Positions 1 through 13,100 of a DNA stretch of 64,000 bases are shown in pieces. The notes beneath the pieces were generated by a model. The model was not told the DNA's origin, searched no databases, and saw only the letters and a program-made list of their open reading frames with translations. This stretch comes from Auanema rhodensis (taxonomy: Eukaryota; Animalia; Nematoda), in NCBI GenBank assembly GCA_964057225.1, contig OZ059900.1:12958001-13022000 (forward strand), given 5' to 3'. The position numbers and the translations under genes were made by a program. Position 1 is the first letter of the stretch. Each line of letters opens with the position of its first letter.

Positions 1-15
1 ACAGTTTTCAATATT

Positions 16-32
16 GCACACTCATGGTGTGC
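16..32. other. Inverted repeat GCACAC-tcatg-GTGTGC (6-bp stem, 5-nt loop) in the monomer
   Basis: GCACAC (16-21) is the reverse complement of GTGTGC (27-32). Confidence 0.9.
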
Positions 33-64
33 TTTCCAAAATGTATTTCCAACTCAGAAGTTCT

Positions 65-119
65 CTGGTTAGATTGAGATACTACCTCTAACTTGGGTAA
101 TTAAACCAAATCTATTCAG
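65..119. other. Nested imperfect inverted repeats: 65-76/108-119 (9 of 12 pairs), GTTAGA 68-73/TCTAAC 87-92, GAGATA-C-TACCTC 76-88, TTGG 93-96/CCAA 106-109
   Basis: Complementarity checked by hand; whether any structure forms in vivo is not shown by the sequence. Confidence 0.8.
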
Positions 120-165
120 GAAACTTATGAACTGTTCTAGCCTATCGCCGTATAAGTGATCAGTG

Positions 166-184
166 TACAAAGCTATACAAAGCT
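166..184 (+). repeat. Internal 10-bp-period direct repeat TACAAAGCT-A-TACAAAGCT (2 copies in 281-bp monomers, 3 in 291-bp monomers)
   Basis: Read directly in every monomer. Confidence 0.97.
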
Positions 185-233
185 TTATCCGTTCAAACTA
201 TAATGTAAAAGACGCGTCATGTTCATATTCAAA

Positions 234-248
234 TTTGTTTTGCTTTGG
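234..248 (+). repeat. Degenerate pentamer repeat TTTGT-TTTGC-TTTGG within the monomer
   Basis: Read directly. Confidence 0.85.
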
Positions 249-3200
249 CATCTATAGGGTCATATAATCATACTAAGACAGACAGTTTTCAATATTGCAC
301 ACTCATGGTGTGCTTTCCAAAATGTATTTCCAACTCAGAAGTTCTCTGGTTAGATTGAGATACTACCTCTAACTTGGGTAATTAAACCAAATCTATTCAG
401 GAAACTTATGAACTGTTCTAGCCTATCGCCGTATAAGTGATCAGTTAACAAAGCTATACAAAGCTTTATCCAGTCAAACTATAATGTAAAAGACGCGTCA
501 TGTTCATATTCAAATTTGTTTTGCTTTGGCATCTATAGGGTCATATAATCATACTAAGACAGGCAGTTTTCAATATTGCACACTCATGGTGTGCTTTCCA
601 AAATGTATTTCCAACTCAGAAGTTCTCTGGTTAGATTGAGATACTACCTCTAACTTGGGTAATTAAACCAAATCTATTCAGGAAACTTATGAATTGTTCT
701 AGCCTATCGCCGTATAAGTGATCAGTGTACAAAGCTATACAAAGCTTTATCCAGTCAAACTATAATGTAATAGACGCGTCATGTTCATATTCAAATTTGT
801 TTTGCTTTGGCATCTATAGTGTCATATAATCATACTAAGACAGACAGTTTTCAATATTGCACACTCATGGTGTGCTTTCCAAAATGTATTTCCAACTCAG
901 AAGTTCTCTGGTTAGATTGAGATACTACCTCTAACTTGGGTAATTAAACCAAATCTATTCAGGAAACTTATGAACTGTTCTAGCCTATCGCCGTATAAGT
1001 GATCAGTGTACAAAGCTATACAAAGCTTTATCCAGTCAAACTATAATGTAAAAGACGCGTCATGTTCATATTCAAATTTGTTTTGCTTTGGCATCTATAG
1101 GGTCATATAATCATACTAAGACAGGCAGTTTTCAATATTGCACACTCATGGTGTGCTTTCCAAAATGTATTTCCAACTCAGAAGTTCTCTGGTTAGATTG
1201 AGATACTACCTCTAACTTGGGTAATTAAACCAAATCTATTCAGGAAACTTATGAATTGTTCTAGCCTATCGCCGTATAAGTGATCAGTGTACAAAGCTAT
1301 ACAAAGCTTTATCCAGTCAAACTATAATGTAAAAGACGCGTCATGTTCATATTCGAATTTGTTTTGCTTTGGCATCTATAGGGTCATATAATCATACTAA
1401 GACAGACAGTTTTCAATATTGCACACTCGTGGTGTGCTTTCCAAAATGTATTTCCAACTCAGAAGTTCTCTGGTTAGATTGAGATACTACCTCTAACTTG
1501 GGTAATTAAACCAAATCTATTCAGGAAACTTATGAACTGTTCTAGCCTATCGCCGTATATGTGATCAGTGTACAAAGCTATACAAAGCTTTATCCGGTCA
1601 AACTATAATGTAAAAGACGCGTCATGTTCATATTCGAATTTGTTTTGCTTTGGCATCTATAGTGTCATATAACCATACTAAGACAGACAGTTTTCAATAT
1701 TGCACACTCATGGTGTGCTTTCCAAAATGTATTTCCAACTCAGAAGTTCTCTGGTTAGATTGAGATACTACCTCTAACTTGGGTAATTAAACCAAATCTA
1801 TTCAGGAAACTTATGAACTGTTCTAGCCTATCGCCGTATAAGTGATCAGTGTACAAAGCTATACAAAGCTTTATCCGGTCAAACTATAATGTAAAAGACG
1901 CGTCATGTTCATATTCAAATTTGTTTTGATTTGGCATCTATAGGGTCATATAATCATACTAAGACAGGCAGTTTTCAATATTGCACACTCATGGTGTGCT
2001 TTCCAAAATGTATTTCCAACTCAGAAGTTCTCTGGTTAGATTGAGATACTACCTCTAACTTGGGTAATTAAACCAAATCTATTCAGGAAACTTATGAACT
2101 GTTCTAGCCTATCGCCGTATATGTGATCAGTGTACAAAGCTATACAAAGCTTTATCCGGTCAAACTATAATGTAAAAGACGCGTCATGTTCATATTCGAA
2201 TTTGTTTTGCTTTGGCATCTATAGTGTCATATAATCATACTAAGACAGACAGTTTTCAATATTGCACACTCATGGTGTGCTTTCCAAAATGTATTTCCAA
2301 CTCAGAAGTTCTCTGGTTAGATTGAGATACTACCTCTAACTTGGGTAATTAAACCAAATCTATTCAGGAAACTTATGAACTGTTCTAGCCTATCGCCGTA
2401 TAAGTGATCAGTGTACAAAGCTATACAAAGCTTTATCCAGTCAAACTATAATGTAAAAGACGCGTCATGTTCATATTCAAATTTGTTTTGCTTTGGCATC
2501 TATAGGGTCATATAATCATACTAAGACAGGCAGTTTTCAATATTGCACACTCATGGTGTGCTTTCCAAAATGTATTTCCAACTCAGAAGTTCTCTGGTTA
2601 GATTGAGATACTACCTCTAACTTGGGTAATTAAACCAAATCTATTCAGGAAACTTATGAATTGTTCTAGCCTATCGCCGTATAAGTGATCAGTGTACAAA
2701 GCTATACAAAGCTTTATCCAGTCAAACTATAATGTAAAAGACGCGTCATGTTCATATTCGAATTTGTTTTGCTTTGGCATCTATAGGGTCATATAATCAT
2801 ACTAAGACAGACAGTTTTCAATATTGCACACTCATGGTGTGCTTTCCAAAATGTATTTCCAACTCAGAAGTTCTCTGGTTAGATTGAGATACTACCTCTA
2901 ACTTGGGTAATTAAACCAAATCTATTCAGGAAACTTATGAATTGTTCTAGCCTATCGCCGTATAAGTGATCAGTGTACAAAGCTATACAAAGCTTTATCC
3001 AGTCAAACTATAATGTAAAAGACGCGTCATGTTCATATTCAAATTTGTTTTGCTTTGGCATCTATAGGGTCATATAATCATACTAAGACAGACAGTTTTC
3101 AATATTGCACACTCATGGTGTGCTTTCCAAAATGTATTTCCAACTCAGAAGTTCTCTGGTTAGATTGAGATACTACCTCTAACTTGGGTAATTAAACCAA

Positions 3201-6200
3201 ATCTATTCAGGAAACTTATGAACTGTTCTAGCCTATCGCCGTATAAGTGATCAGTGTACAAAGCTATACAAAGCTTTATCCGTTCAAACTATAATGTAAA
3301 AGACGCGTCATGTTCATATTCAAATTTGTTTTGCTTTGGCATCTATAGGGTCATATAATCATACTAAGACAGACAGTTTTCAATATTGCACACTCATGGT
3401 GTGCTTTCCAAAATGTATTTCCAACTCAGAAGTTCTCTGGTTAGATTGAGATACTACCTCTAACTTGGGTAATTAAACCAAATCTATTCAGGAAACTTAT
3501 GAACTGTTCTAGCCTATCGCCGTATAAGTGATCAGTTAACAAAGCTATACAAAGCTTTATCCAGTCAAACTATAATGTAAAAGACGCGTCATGTTCATAT
3601 TCAAATTTGTTTTGCTTTGGCATCTATAGGGTCATATAATCATACTAAGACAGGCAGTTTTCAATATTGCACACTCATGGTGTGCTTTCCAAAATGTATT
3701 TCCAACTCAGAAGTTCTCTGGTTAGATTGAGATACTACCTCTAACTTGAGTAATTAAACCAAATCTATTCAGGAAACTTATGAATTGTTCTAGCCTATCG
3801 CCGTATAAGTGATCAGTGTACAAAGCTATACAAAGCTTTATCCAGTCAAACTATAATGTAATAGACGCGTCATGTTCATATTCAAATTTGTTTTGCTTTG
3901 GCATCTATAGTGTCATATAATCATACTAAGACAGACAGTTTTCAATATTGCACACTCATGGTGTGCTTTCCAAAATGTATTTCCAACTCAGAAGTTCTCT
4001 GGTTAGATTGAGATACTACCTCTAACTTGGGTAATTAAACCAAATCTATTCAGGAAACTTATGAACTGTTCTAGCCTATCGCCGTATATGTGATCAGTGT
4101 ACAAAGCTATACAAAGCTTTATCCGGTCAAACTATAATGTAAAAGACGCGTCATGTTCATATTCGAATTTGTTTTGCTTTGGCATCTATAGTGTCATATA
4201 ATCATACTAAGACAGACAGTTTTCAATATTGCACACTCATGGTGTGCTTTCCAAAACGTATTTCCAACTCAGAAGTTCTCTGGTTAGATTGAGATACTAC
4301 CTCTAACTTGGGTAATTAAACCAAATCTATTCAGGAAACTTATGAACTGTTCTAGCCTATCGCCGTATAAGTGATCAGTGTACAAAGCTATACAAAGCTT
4401 TATCCGGTCAAACTATAATGTAAAAGACGCGTCATGTTCATATTCAAATTTGTTTTGCTTTGGCATCTATAGTGTCATATAATCATACTAAGACAGACAG
4501 TTTTCAATATTGCACACTCATGGTGTGCTTTCCAAAATGTATTTCCAACTCAGAAGTTCTCTGGTTAGATTGAGATACTACCTCTAACTTGGGTAATTAA
4601 ACCAAATCTATTCAGGAAACTTATGAACTGTTCTAGCCTATCGCCGTATAAGTGATCAGTGTACAAAGCTATACAAAGCTTTATCCGGTCAAACTATAAT
4701 GTAAAAGACGCGTCATGTTCATATTCAAATTTGTTTTGCTTTGGCATCTATAGGGTCATATAATCATACTAAGACAGGCAGTTTTCAATATTGCACACTC
4801 ATGGTGTGCTTTCCAAAATGTATTTCCAACTCAGAAGTTCTCTGGTTAGATTGAGATACTACCTCTAACTTGGGTAATTAAACCAAATCTATTCAGGAAA
4901 CTTATGAATTGTTCTAGCCTATCGCCGTATAAGTGATCAGTGTACAAAGCTATACAAAGCTTTATCCAGTCAAACTATAATGTAAAAGACGCGTCATGTT
5001 CATATTCAAATTTGTTTTGTTTTGGCATCTATAGTGTCATATAATCATACTAAGACAGACAGTTTTCAATATTGCACACTCATGGTGTGCTTTCCAAAAT
5101 GTATTTCCAACTCAGAAGTTCTCTGGTTAGATTGAGATACTACCTCTAACTTGGGTAATTAAACCAAATCTATTCAGGAAACTTATGAACTGTTCTAGCC
5201 TATCGCCGTATAAGTGATCAGTGTACAAAGCTATACAAAGCTTTATCCAGTCAAACTATAATGTAAAAGACGCGTCATGTTCATATTCAAATTTGTTTTG
5301 CTTTGGCATCTATAGTGTCATATAATCATACTAAGACAGACAGTTTTCAATATTGCACACTCATGGTGTGCTTTCCAAAATGTATTTCCAACTCAGAAGT
5401 TCTCTGGTTAGATTGAGATACTACCTCTAACTTGGGTAATTAAACCAAATCTATTCAGGAAACTTATGAACTGTTCTAGCCTATCGCCGTATAAGTGATC
5501 AGTGTACAAAGCTATACAAAGCTTTATCCAGTCAAACTATAATGTAAAAGACGCGTCATGTTCATATTCAAATTTGTTTTGCTTTGGCATCTATAGTGTC
5601 ATATAATCATACTAAGACAGACAGTTTTCAATATTGCACACTCATGGTGTGCTTTCCAAAATGTATTTCCAACTCAGAAGTTCTCTGGTTAGATTGATAT
5701 ACTACCTCTAACTTGGGTAATTAAACCAAATCTATTCAGGAAACTTATGAACTGTTCTAGCGTATCGCCGTATAAGTGATCAGTGTACAAAGCTATACAA
5801 AGCTTTATCCGGTCAAACTATAATGTAAAAGACGCGTCATGTTCATATTCAAATTTGTTTTGCTTTGGCATCTATAGTGTCATATAATCATACTAAGACA
5901 GACAGTTTTCAATATTGCACACTCGTGGTGTGCTTTCCAAAATGTATTTCCAACTCAGAAGTTCTCTGGTTAGATTGAGGTACTACCTCTAACTTGGGTA
6001 ATTAAACCAAATCTATTCAGGAAACTTATGAACTGTTCTAGCCTATCGCCGTATATGTGATCAGTGTACAAAGCTATACAAAGCTTTATCCAGTCAAACT
6101 ATAATGTAAAAGACGCGTCATGTTCATATTCAAATTTGTTTTGCTTTGGCATCTATAGTGTCATATAATCATACTAAGACAGACAGTTTTCAATATTGCA

Positions 6201-9200
6201 CACTCATGGTGTGCTTTCCAAAATGTATTTCCAACTCAGAAGTTCTCTGGTTAGATTGAGGTACTACCTCTAACTTGGGTAATTAAACCAAATCTATTCA
6301 GGAAACTTATGAACTGTTCTAGCCTATCGCCGTATAAGTGATCAGTGTACAAAGCTATACAAAGCTTTATCCAGTCAAACTATAATGTAAAAGACGCGTC
6401 ATGTTCATATTCAAATTTGTTTTGCTTTGGCATCTATAGTGTCATATAATCATACTAAGACAGACAGTTTTCAATATTGCACACTCATGGTGTGCTTTCC
6501 AAAATGTATTTCCAACTCAGAAGTTCTCTGGTTAGATTGAGATACTACCTCTAACTTGGGTAATTAAACCAAATCTATTCAGGAAACTTATGAACTGTTC
6601 TAGCCTATCGCCGTATATGTGATCAGTGTACAAAGCTATACAAAGCTTTATCCAGTCAAACTATAATGTAAAAGACGCGTCATGTTCATATTCAAATTTG
6701 TTTTGCTTTGGCATCTATAGTGTCATATAATCATACTAAGACAGACAGTTTTCAATATTGCACACTCATGGTGTGCTTTCCAAAATGTATTTCCAACTCA
6801 GAAGTTCTCTGGTTAGATTGAGATACTACCTCTAACTTGGGTAATTAAACCAAATCTATTCAGGAAACTTATGAACTGTTCTAGCCTATCGCCGTATATG
6901 TGATCAGTGTACAAAGCTATACAAAGCTTTATCCAGTCAAACTATAATGTAAAAGACGCGTCATGTTCATATTCAAATTTGTTTTGCTTTGGCATCTATA
7001 GGGTCATATAATCATACTAAGACAGACAGTTTTCAATATTGCACACTCATGGTGTGCTTTCCAAAATGTATTTCCAACTCAGAAGTTCTCTGGTTAGATT
7101 GAGATACTACCTCTAACTTGGGTAATTAAACCAAATCTATTCAGGAAACTTATGAACTGTTCTAGCCTATCGCCGTATAAGTGATCAGTGTACAAAGCTA
7201 TACAAAGCTTTATCCAGTCAAACTATAATGTAAAAGACGCGTCATGTTCATATTCAAATTTGTTTTGCTTTGGCATCTATAGTGTCATATAATCATACTA
7301 AGACAGACAGTTTTCAATATTGCACACTCATGGTGTGCTTTCCAAAATGTATTTCCAACTCAGAAGTTCTCTGGTTAGATTGAGATACTACCTCTAACTT
7401 GGGTAATTAAACCAAATCTATTCAGGAAACTTATGAACTGTTCTAGCCTATCGCCGTATAAGTGATCAGTGTACAAAGCTATACAAAGCTTTATCCAGTC
7501 AAACTATAATGTAAAAGACGCGTCATGTTCATATTCAAATTTGTTTTGCTTTGGCATCTATAGTGTCATATAATCATACTAAGACAGACAGTTTTCAATA
7601 TTGCACACTCATGGTGTGCTTTCCAAAATGTATTTCCAACTCAGAAGTTCTCTGGTTAGATTGAGATACTACCTCTAACTTGGGTAATTAAACCAAATCT
7701 ATTCAGGAAACTTATGAACTGTTCTAGCCTATCGCCGTATATGTGATCAGTGTACAAAGCTATACAAAGCTTTATCCAGTCAAACTATAATGTAAAAGAC
7801 GCGTCATGTTCATATTCAAATTTGTTTTGCTTTGGCATCTATAGTGTCATATAATCATACTAAGACAGACAGTTTTCAATATTGCACACTCATGGTGTGC
7901 TTTCCAAAATGTATTTCCAACTCAGAAGTTCTCTGGTTAGATTGAGATACTACCTCTAACTTGGGTAATTAAACCAAATCTATTCAGGAAACTTATGAAC
8001 TGTTCTAGCCTATCGCCGTATAAGTGATCAGTGTACAAAGCTATACAAAGCTTTATCCAGTCAAACTATAATGTAAAAGACGCGTCATGTTCATATTCAA
8101 ATTTGTTTTGCTTTGGCATCTATAGTGTCATATAATCATACTAAGACAGACAGTTTTCAATATTGCACACTCATGGTGTGCTTTCCAAAATGTATTTCCA
8201 ACTCAGAAGTTCTCTGGTTAGATTGAGATACTAACTCTAACTTGGGTAATTAAACCAAATCTATTCAGGAAACTTATGAACTGTTCTAGCCTATCGCCGT
8301 ATATGTGATCAGTGTACAAAGCTATACAAAGCTTTATCCGGTCAAACTATAATGTAAAAGACGCGTCATGTTCATAGTCAAATTTGTTTTGCTTTGGCAT
8401 CTATAGTGTCATATAATCATACTAAGACAGACAGTTTTCAATATTGCACACTCATGGTGTGCTTTCCAAAATGTATTTCCAACTCAGAAGTTCTCTGGTT
8501 AGATTGAGATACTACCTCTAACTTGGGTAATTAAACCAAATCTATTCAGGAAACTTATGAACTGTTCTAGCCTATCGCCGTATATGTGATCAGTGTACAA
8601 AGCTATACAAAGCTTTATCCAGTCAAACTATAATGTAAAAGACGCGTCATGTTCATATTCAAATTTGTTTTGCTTTGGCATCTATAGTGTCATATAATCA
8701 TACTAAGACAGACAGTTTTCAATATTGCACACTCATGGTGTGCTTTCCAAAATGTATTTCCAACTCAGAAGTTCTCTGGTTAGATTGAGGTACTACCTCT
8801 AACTTGGGTAATTAAACCAAATCTATTCAGGAAACTTATGAACTGTTCTAGCCTATCGCCGTATAAGTGATCAGTGTACAAAGCTATACAAAGCTTTATC
8901 CAGTCAAACTATAATGTAAAAGACGCGTCATGTTCATATTCAAATTTGTTTTGCTTTGGCATCTATAGTGTCATATAATCATACTAAGACAGACAGTTTT
9001 CAATATTGCACACTCATGGTGTGCTTTCCAAAATGTATTTCCAACTCAGAAGTTCTCTGGTTAGATTGAGATACTACCTCTAACTTGGGTAATTAAACCA
9101 AATCTATTCAGGAAACTTATGAACTGTTCTAGCCTATCGCCGTATATGTGATCAGTGTACAAAGCTATACAAAGCTTTATCCAGTCAAACTATAATGTAA

Positions 9201-10116
9201 AAGACGCGTCATGTTCATATTCAAATTTGTTTTGCTTTGGCATCTATAGTGTCATATAATCATACTAAGACAGACAGTTTTCAATATTGCACACTCATGG
9301 TGTGCTTTCCAAAATGTATTTCCAACTCAGAAGTTCTCTGGTTAGATTGAGATACTACCTCTAACTTGGGTAATTAAACCAAATCTATTCAGGAAACTTA
9401 TGAACTGTTCTAGCCTATCGCCGTATAAGTGATCAGTGTACAAAGCTATACAAAGCTTTATCCAGTCAAACTATAATGTAAAAGACGCGTCATGTTCATA
9501 TTCAAATTTGTTTTGCTTTGGCATCTATAGTGTCATATAATCATACTAAGGCAGACAGTTTTCAATATTGCACACTCATGGTGTGCTTTCCAAAATGTAT
9601 TTCCAACTCAGAAGTTCTCTGGTTAGATTGAGATACTAACTCTAACTTGGGTAATTAAACCAAATCTATTCAGGAAACTTATGAACTGTTCTAGCCTATC
9701 GCCGTATATGTGATCAGTGTACAAAGCTATACAAAGCTTTATCCGGTCAAACTATAATGTAAAAGACGCGTCATGTTCATAGTCAAATTTGTTTTGCTTT
9801 GGCATCTATAGTGTCATATAATCATACTAAGACAGACAGTTTTCAATATTGCACACTCATGGTGTGCTTTCCAAAATGTATTTCCAACTCAGAAGTTCTC
9901 TGGTTAGATTGAGATACTACCTCTAACTTGGGTAATTAAACGAAATGTATTCAGGAAACTTATGAACTGTTCTAGCCTATCGCCGTATAAGTGATCAGTG
10001 TACAAAGCTATACAAAGCTTTATCCAGTCAAACTATAATGTAAAAGACGCGTCATGTTCATATTCAAATTTGTTTTGCTTTGGCATCTATAGTGTCATAT
10101 AATCATACTAAGACAG

Positions 10117-13100
10117 ACAGTTTTCAATATTGCACACTCATGGTGTGCTTTCCAAAATGTATTTCCAACTCAGAAGTTCTCTGGTTAGATTGAGATACTA
10201 CCTCTAACTTGGGTAATTAAACCAAATCTATTCAGGAAACTTATGAACTGTTCTAGCCTATCGCCGTATAAGTGATCAGTGTACAAAGCTATACAAAGCT
10301 TTATCCAGTCAAACTATAATGTAAAAGACGCGTCATGTTCATATTCAAATTTGTTTTGCTTTGGCATCTATAGTGTCATATAATCATACTAAGACAGACA
10401 GTTTTCAATATTGCACACTCATGGTGTGCTTTCCAAAATGTATTTCCAACTCAGAAGTTCTCTGGTTAGATTGAGATACTACCTCTAACTTGGGTAATTA
10501 AACCAAATCTATTCAGGAAACTTATGAACTGTTCTAGCCTATCGCCGTATAAGTGATCAGTGTACAAAGCTATACCAAGCTTTATCCAATCAAACTATAA
10601 TGTAAAAGACGCGTCATGTTCATATTCAAATTTGTTTTGCTTTGGCATCTATAGTGTCATATAATCATACTAAGACAGACAGTTTTCAATATTGCACACT
10701 CATGGTGTGCTTTCCAAAATGTATTTCCAACTCAGAAGTTCTCTGGTTAGATTGAGATACTAACTCTAACTTGGGTAATTAAACCAAATCTATTCAGGAA
10801 ACTTATGAACTGTTCTAGCCTATCGCCGTATATGTGATCAGTGTACAAAGCTATACAAAGCTTTATCCGGTCAAACTATAATGTAAAAGACGCGTCATGT
10901 TCATAGTCAAATTTGTTTTGCTTTGGCATCTATAGTGTCATATAATCATACTAAGACAGACAGTTTTCAATATTGCACACTCATGGTGTGCTTTCCAAAA
11001 TGTATTTCCAACTCAGAAGTTCTCTGGTTAGATTGAGATACTACCTCTAACTTGGGTAATTAAACGAAATGTATTCAGGAAACTTATGAACTGTTCTAGC
11101 CTATCGCCGTATAAGTGATCAGTGTACAAAGCTATACAAAGCTTTATCCAGTCAAACTATAATGTAAAAGACGCGTCATGTTCATATTCAAATTTGTTTT
11201 GCTTTGGCATCTATAGTGTCATATAATCATACTAAGACAGACAGTTTTCAATATTGCACACTCATGGTGTGCTTTCCAAAATGTATTTCCAACTCAGCAG
11301 TTCTGTGGTTAGATTGAGGTACTACCTCTAACTTGGGTAATTAAACCAAATCTATTCAGGAAACTTATGAACTGTTCTAGCCTATCGCCGTATAAGTGAT
11401 CAGTGTACAAAGCTATACAAAGCTTTATCCAGTCAAACTATAATGTAAAAGACGCGTCATGTTCATATTCAAATTTGTTTTGCTTTGGCATCTATAGTGT
11501 CATATAATCATACTAAGACAGACAGTTTTCAATATTGCACACTCATGGTGTGCTTTCCAAAATGTATTTCCAACTCAGAAGTTCTCTGGTTAGATTGAGA
11601 TACTACCTCTAACTTGGGTAATTAAACCAAATCTATTCAGGAAACTTATGAACTGTTCTAGCCTATCGCCGTATAAGTGATCAGTGTACAAAGCTATACA
11701 AAGCTTTATCCAGTCAAACTATAATGTAAAAGACGCGTCATGTTCATATTCAAATTTGTTTTGCTTTGGCATCTATAGGGTCATATAATCATACTAAGAC
11801 AGGCAGTTTTCAATATTGCACACTCATGGTGTGCTTTCCAAAATGTATTTCCAACTCAGAAGTTCTCTGGTTAGATTGAGATACTACCTCTAACTTGGGT
11901 AATTAAACCAAATCTATTCAGGAAACTTATGAACTGTTCTAGCCTATCGCCGTATAAGTGATCAGTGTACAAAGCTATACAAAGCTTTATCCAGTCAAAC
12001 TATAATGTAAAAGACGCGTCATGTTCATATTCAAATTTGTTTTGCTTTGGCATCTATAGTGTCATATAATCATACTAAGACAGACAGTTTTCAATATTGC
12101 ACACTCATGGTGTGCTTTCCAAAATGTATTTCCAACTCAGAAGTTCTCTGGTTAGATTGAGATACTACCTCTAACTTGGGTAATTAAACCAAATCTATTC
12201 AGGAAACTTATGAACTGTTCTAGCCTATCGCCGTATAAGTGATCAGTGTACAAAGCTATACAAAGCTTTATCCAGTCAAACTATAATGTAAAAGACGCGT
12301 CATGTTCATATTCAAATTTGTTTTGCTTTGGCATCTATAGTGTCATATAATCATACTAAGACAGACAGTTTTCAATATTGCACACTCATGGTGTGCTTTC
12401 CAAAATGTATTTCCAACTCAGAAGTTCTCTGGTTAGATTGAGATACTACCTCTAACTTGGGTAATTAAACCAAATCTATTCAGGAAACTTATGAACTGTT
12501 CTAGCCTATCGCCGTATAAGTGATCAGTGTACAAAGCTATACAAAGCTTTATCCAGTCAAACTATAATGTAAAAGACGCGTCATGTTCATATTCAAATTT
12601 GTTTTGCTTTGGCATCTATAGTGTCATGTAATCATACTAAGACAGACAGTTTTCAATATTGCACACTCATGGTGTGCTTTCCAAAATGTATTTCCAACTC
12701 AGAAGTTCTCTGGTTAGATTGAGATACTAACTCTAACTTGGGTAATTAAACCAAATCTATTCAGGAAACTTATGAACTGTTCTAGCCTATCGCCGTATAT
12801 GTGATCAGTGTACAAAGCTATACAAAGCTTTATCCGGTCAAACTATAATGTAAAAGACGCGTCATGTTCATAGTCAAATTTGTTTTGCTTTGGCATCTAT
12901 AGTGTCATGTAATCATACTAAGACAGACAGTTTTCAATATTGCACACTCATGGTGTGCTTTCCAAAATGTATTTCCAACTCAGAAGTTCTCTGGTTAGAT
13001 TGAGATACTAACTCTAACTTGGGTAATTAAACCAAATCTATTCAGGAAACTTATGAACTGTTCTAGCCTATCGCCGTATATGTGATCAGTGTACAAAGCT

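Larger units (their letters stand above)
1..281 (+). repeat. Reference monomer (near consensus; consensus has AG at 191-192 and T at 258)
   Basis: First full period; 97/281 G+C in the consensus by hand count. Confidence 0.97.

Noticed and set aside
24-77. Short ORF ATG GTG TGC ... TGA (17 codons) in each monomer
   Set aside because: Too short. The monomer length is not a multiple of 3, stop codons are frequent, and variants show no codon pattern. Not all six frames were checked exhaustively.
143-159. CENP-B box-like motif (TATCGCCGTATAAGTGA)
   Set aside because: Only about 6 of the 9 essential bases of TTCG-N4-A-N2-CGGG match, which is within chance.
199-204. TATAAT (-10-like) hexamers at 199 and 263
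   Set aside because: Expected in AT-rich DNA; there is no matching -35 element or downstream gene, and the context appears eukaryotic.
1-281. Tandem 5S rRNA, tRNA, snRNA or SINE-derived unit
   Set aside because: No recognisable RNA gene sequence, cloverleaf or pol III A/B/C boxes; an Rfam search would be needed to exclude remote similarity.
1-281. Assignment to a named HindIII satellite family or species
   Set aside because: I do not recognise the sequence with confidence; this needs a database search.
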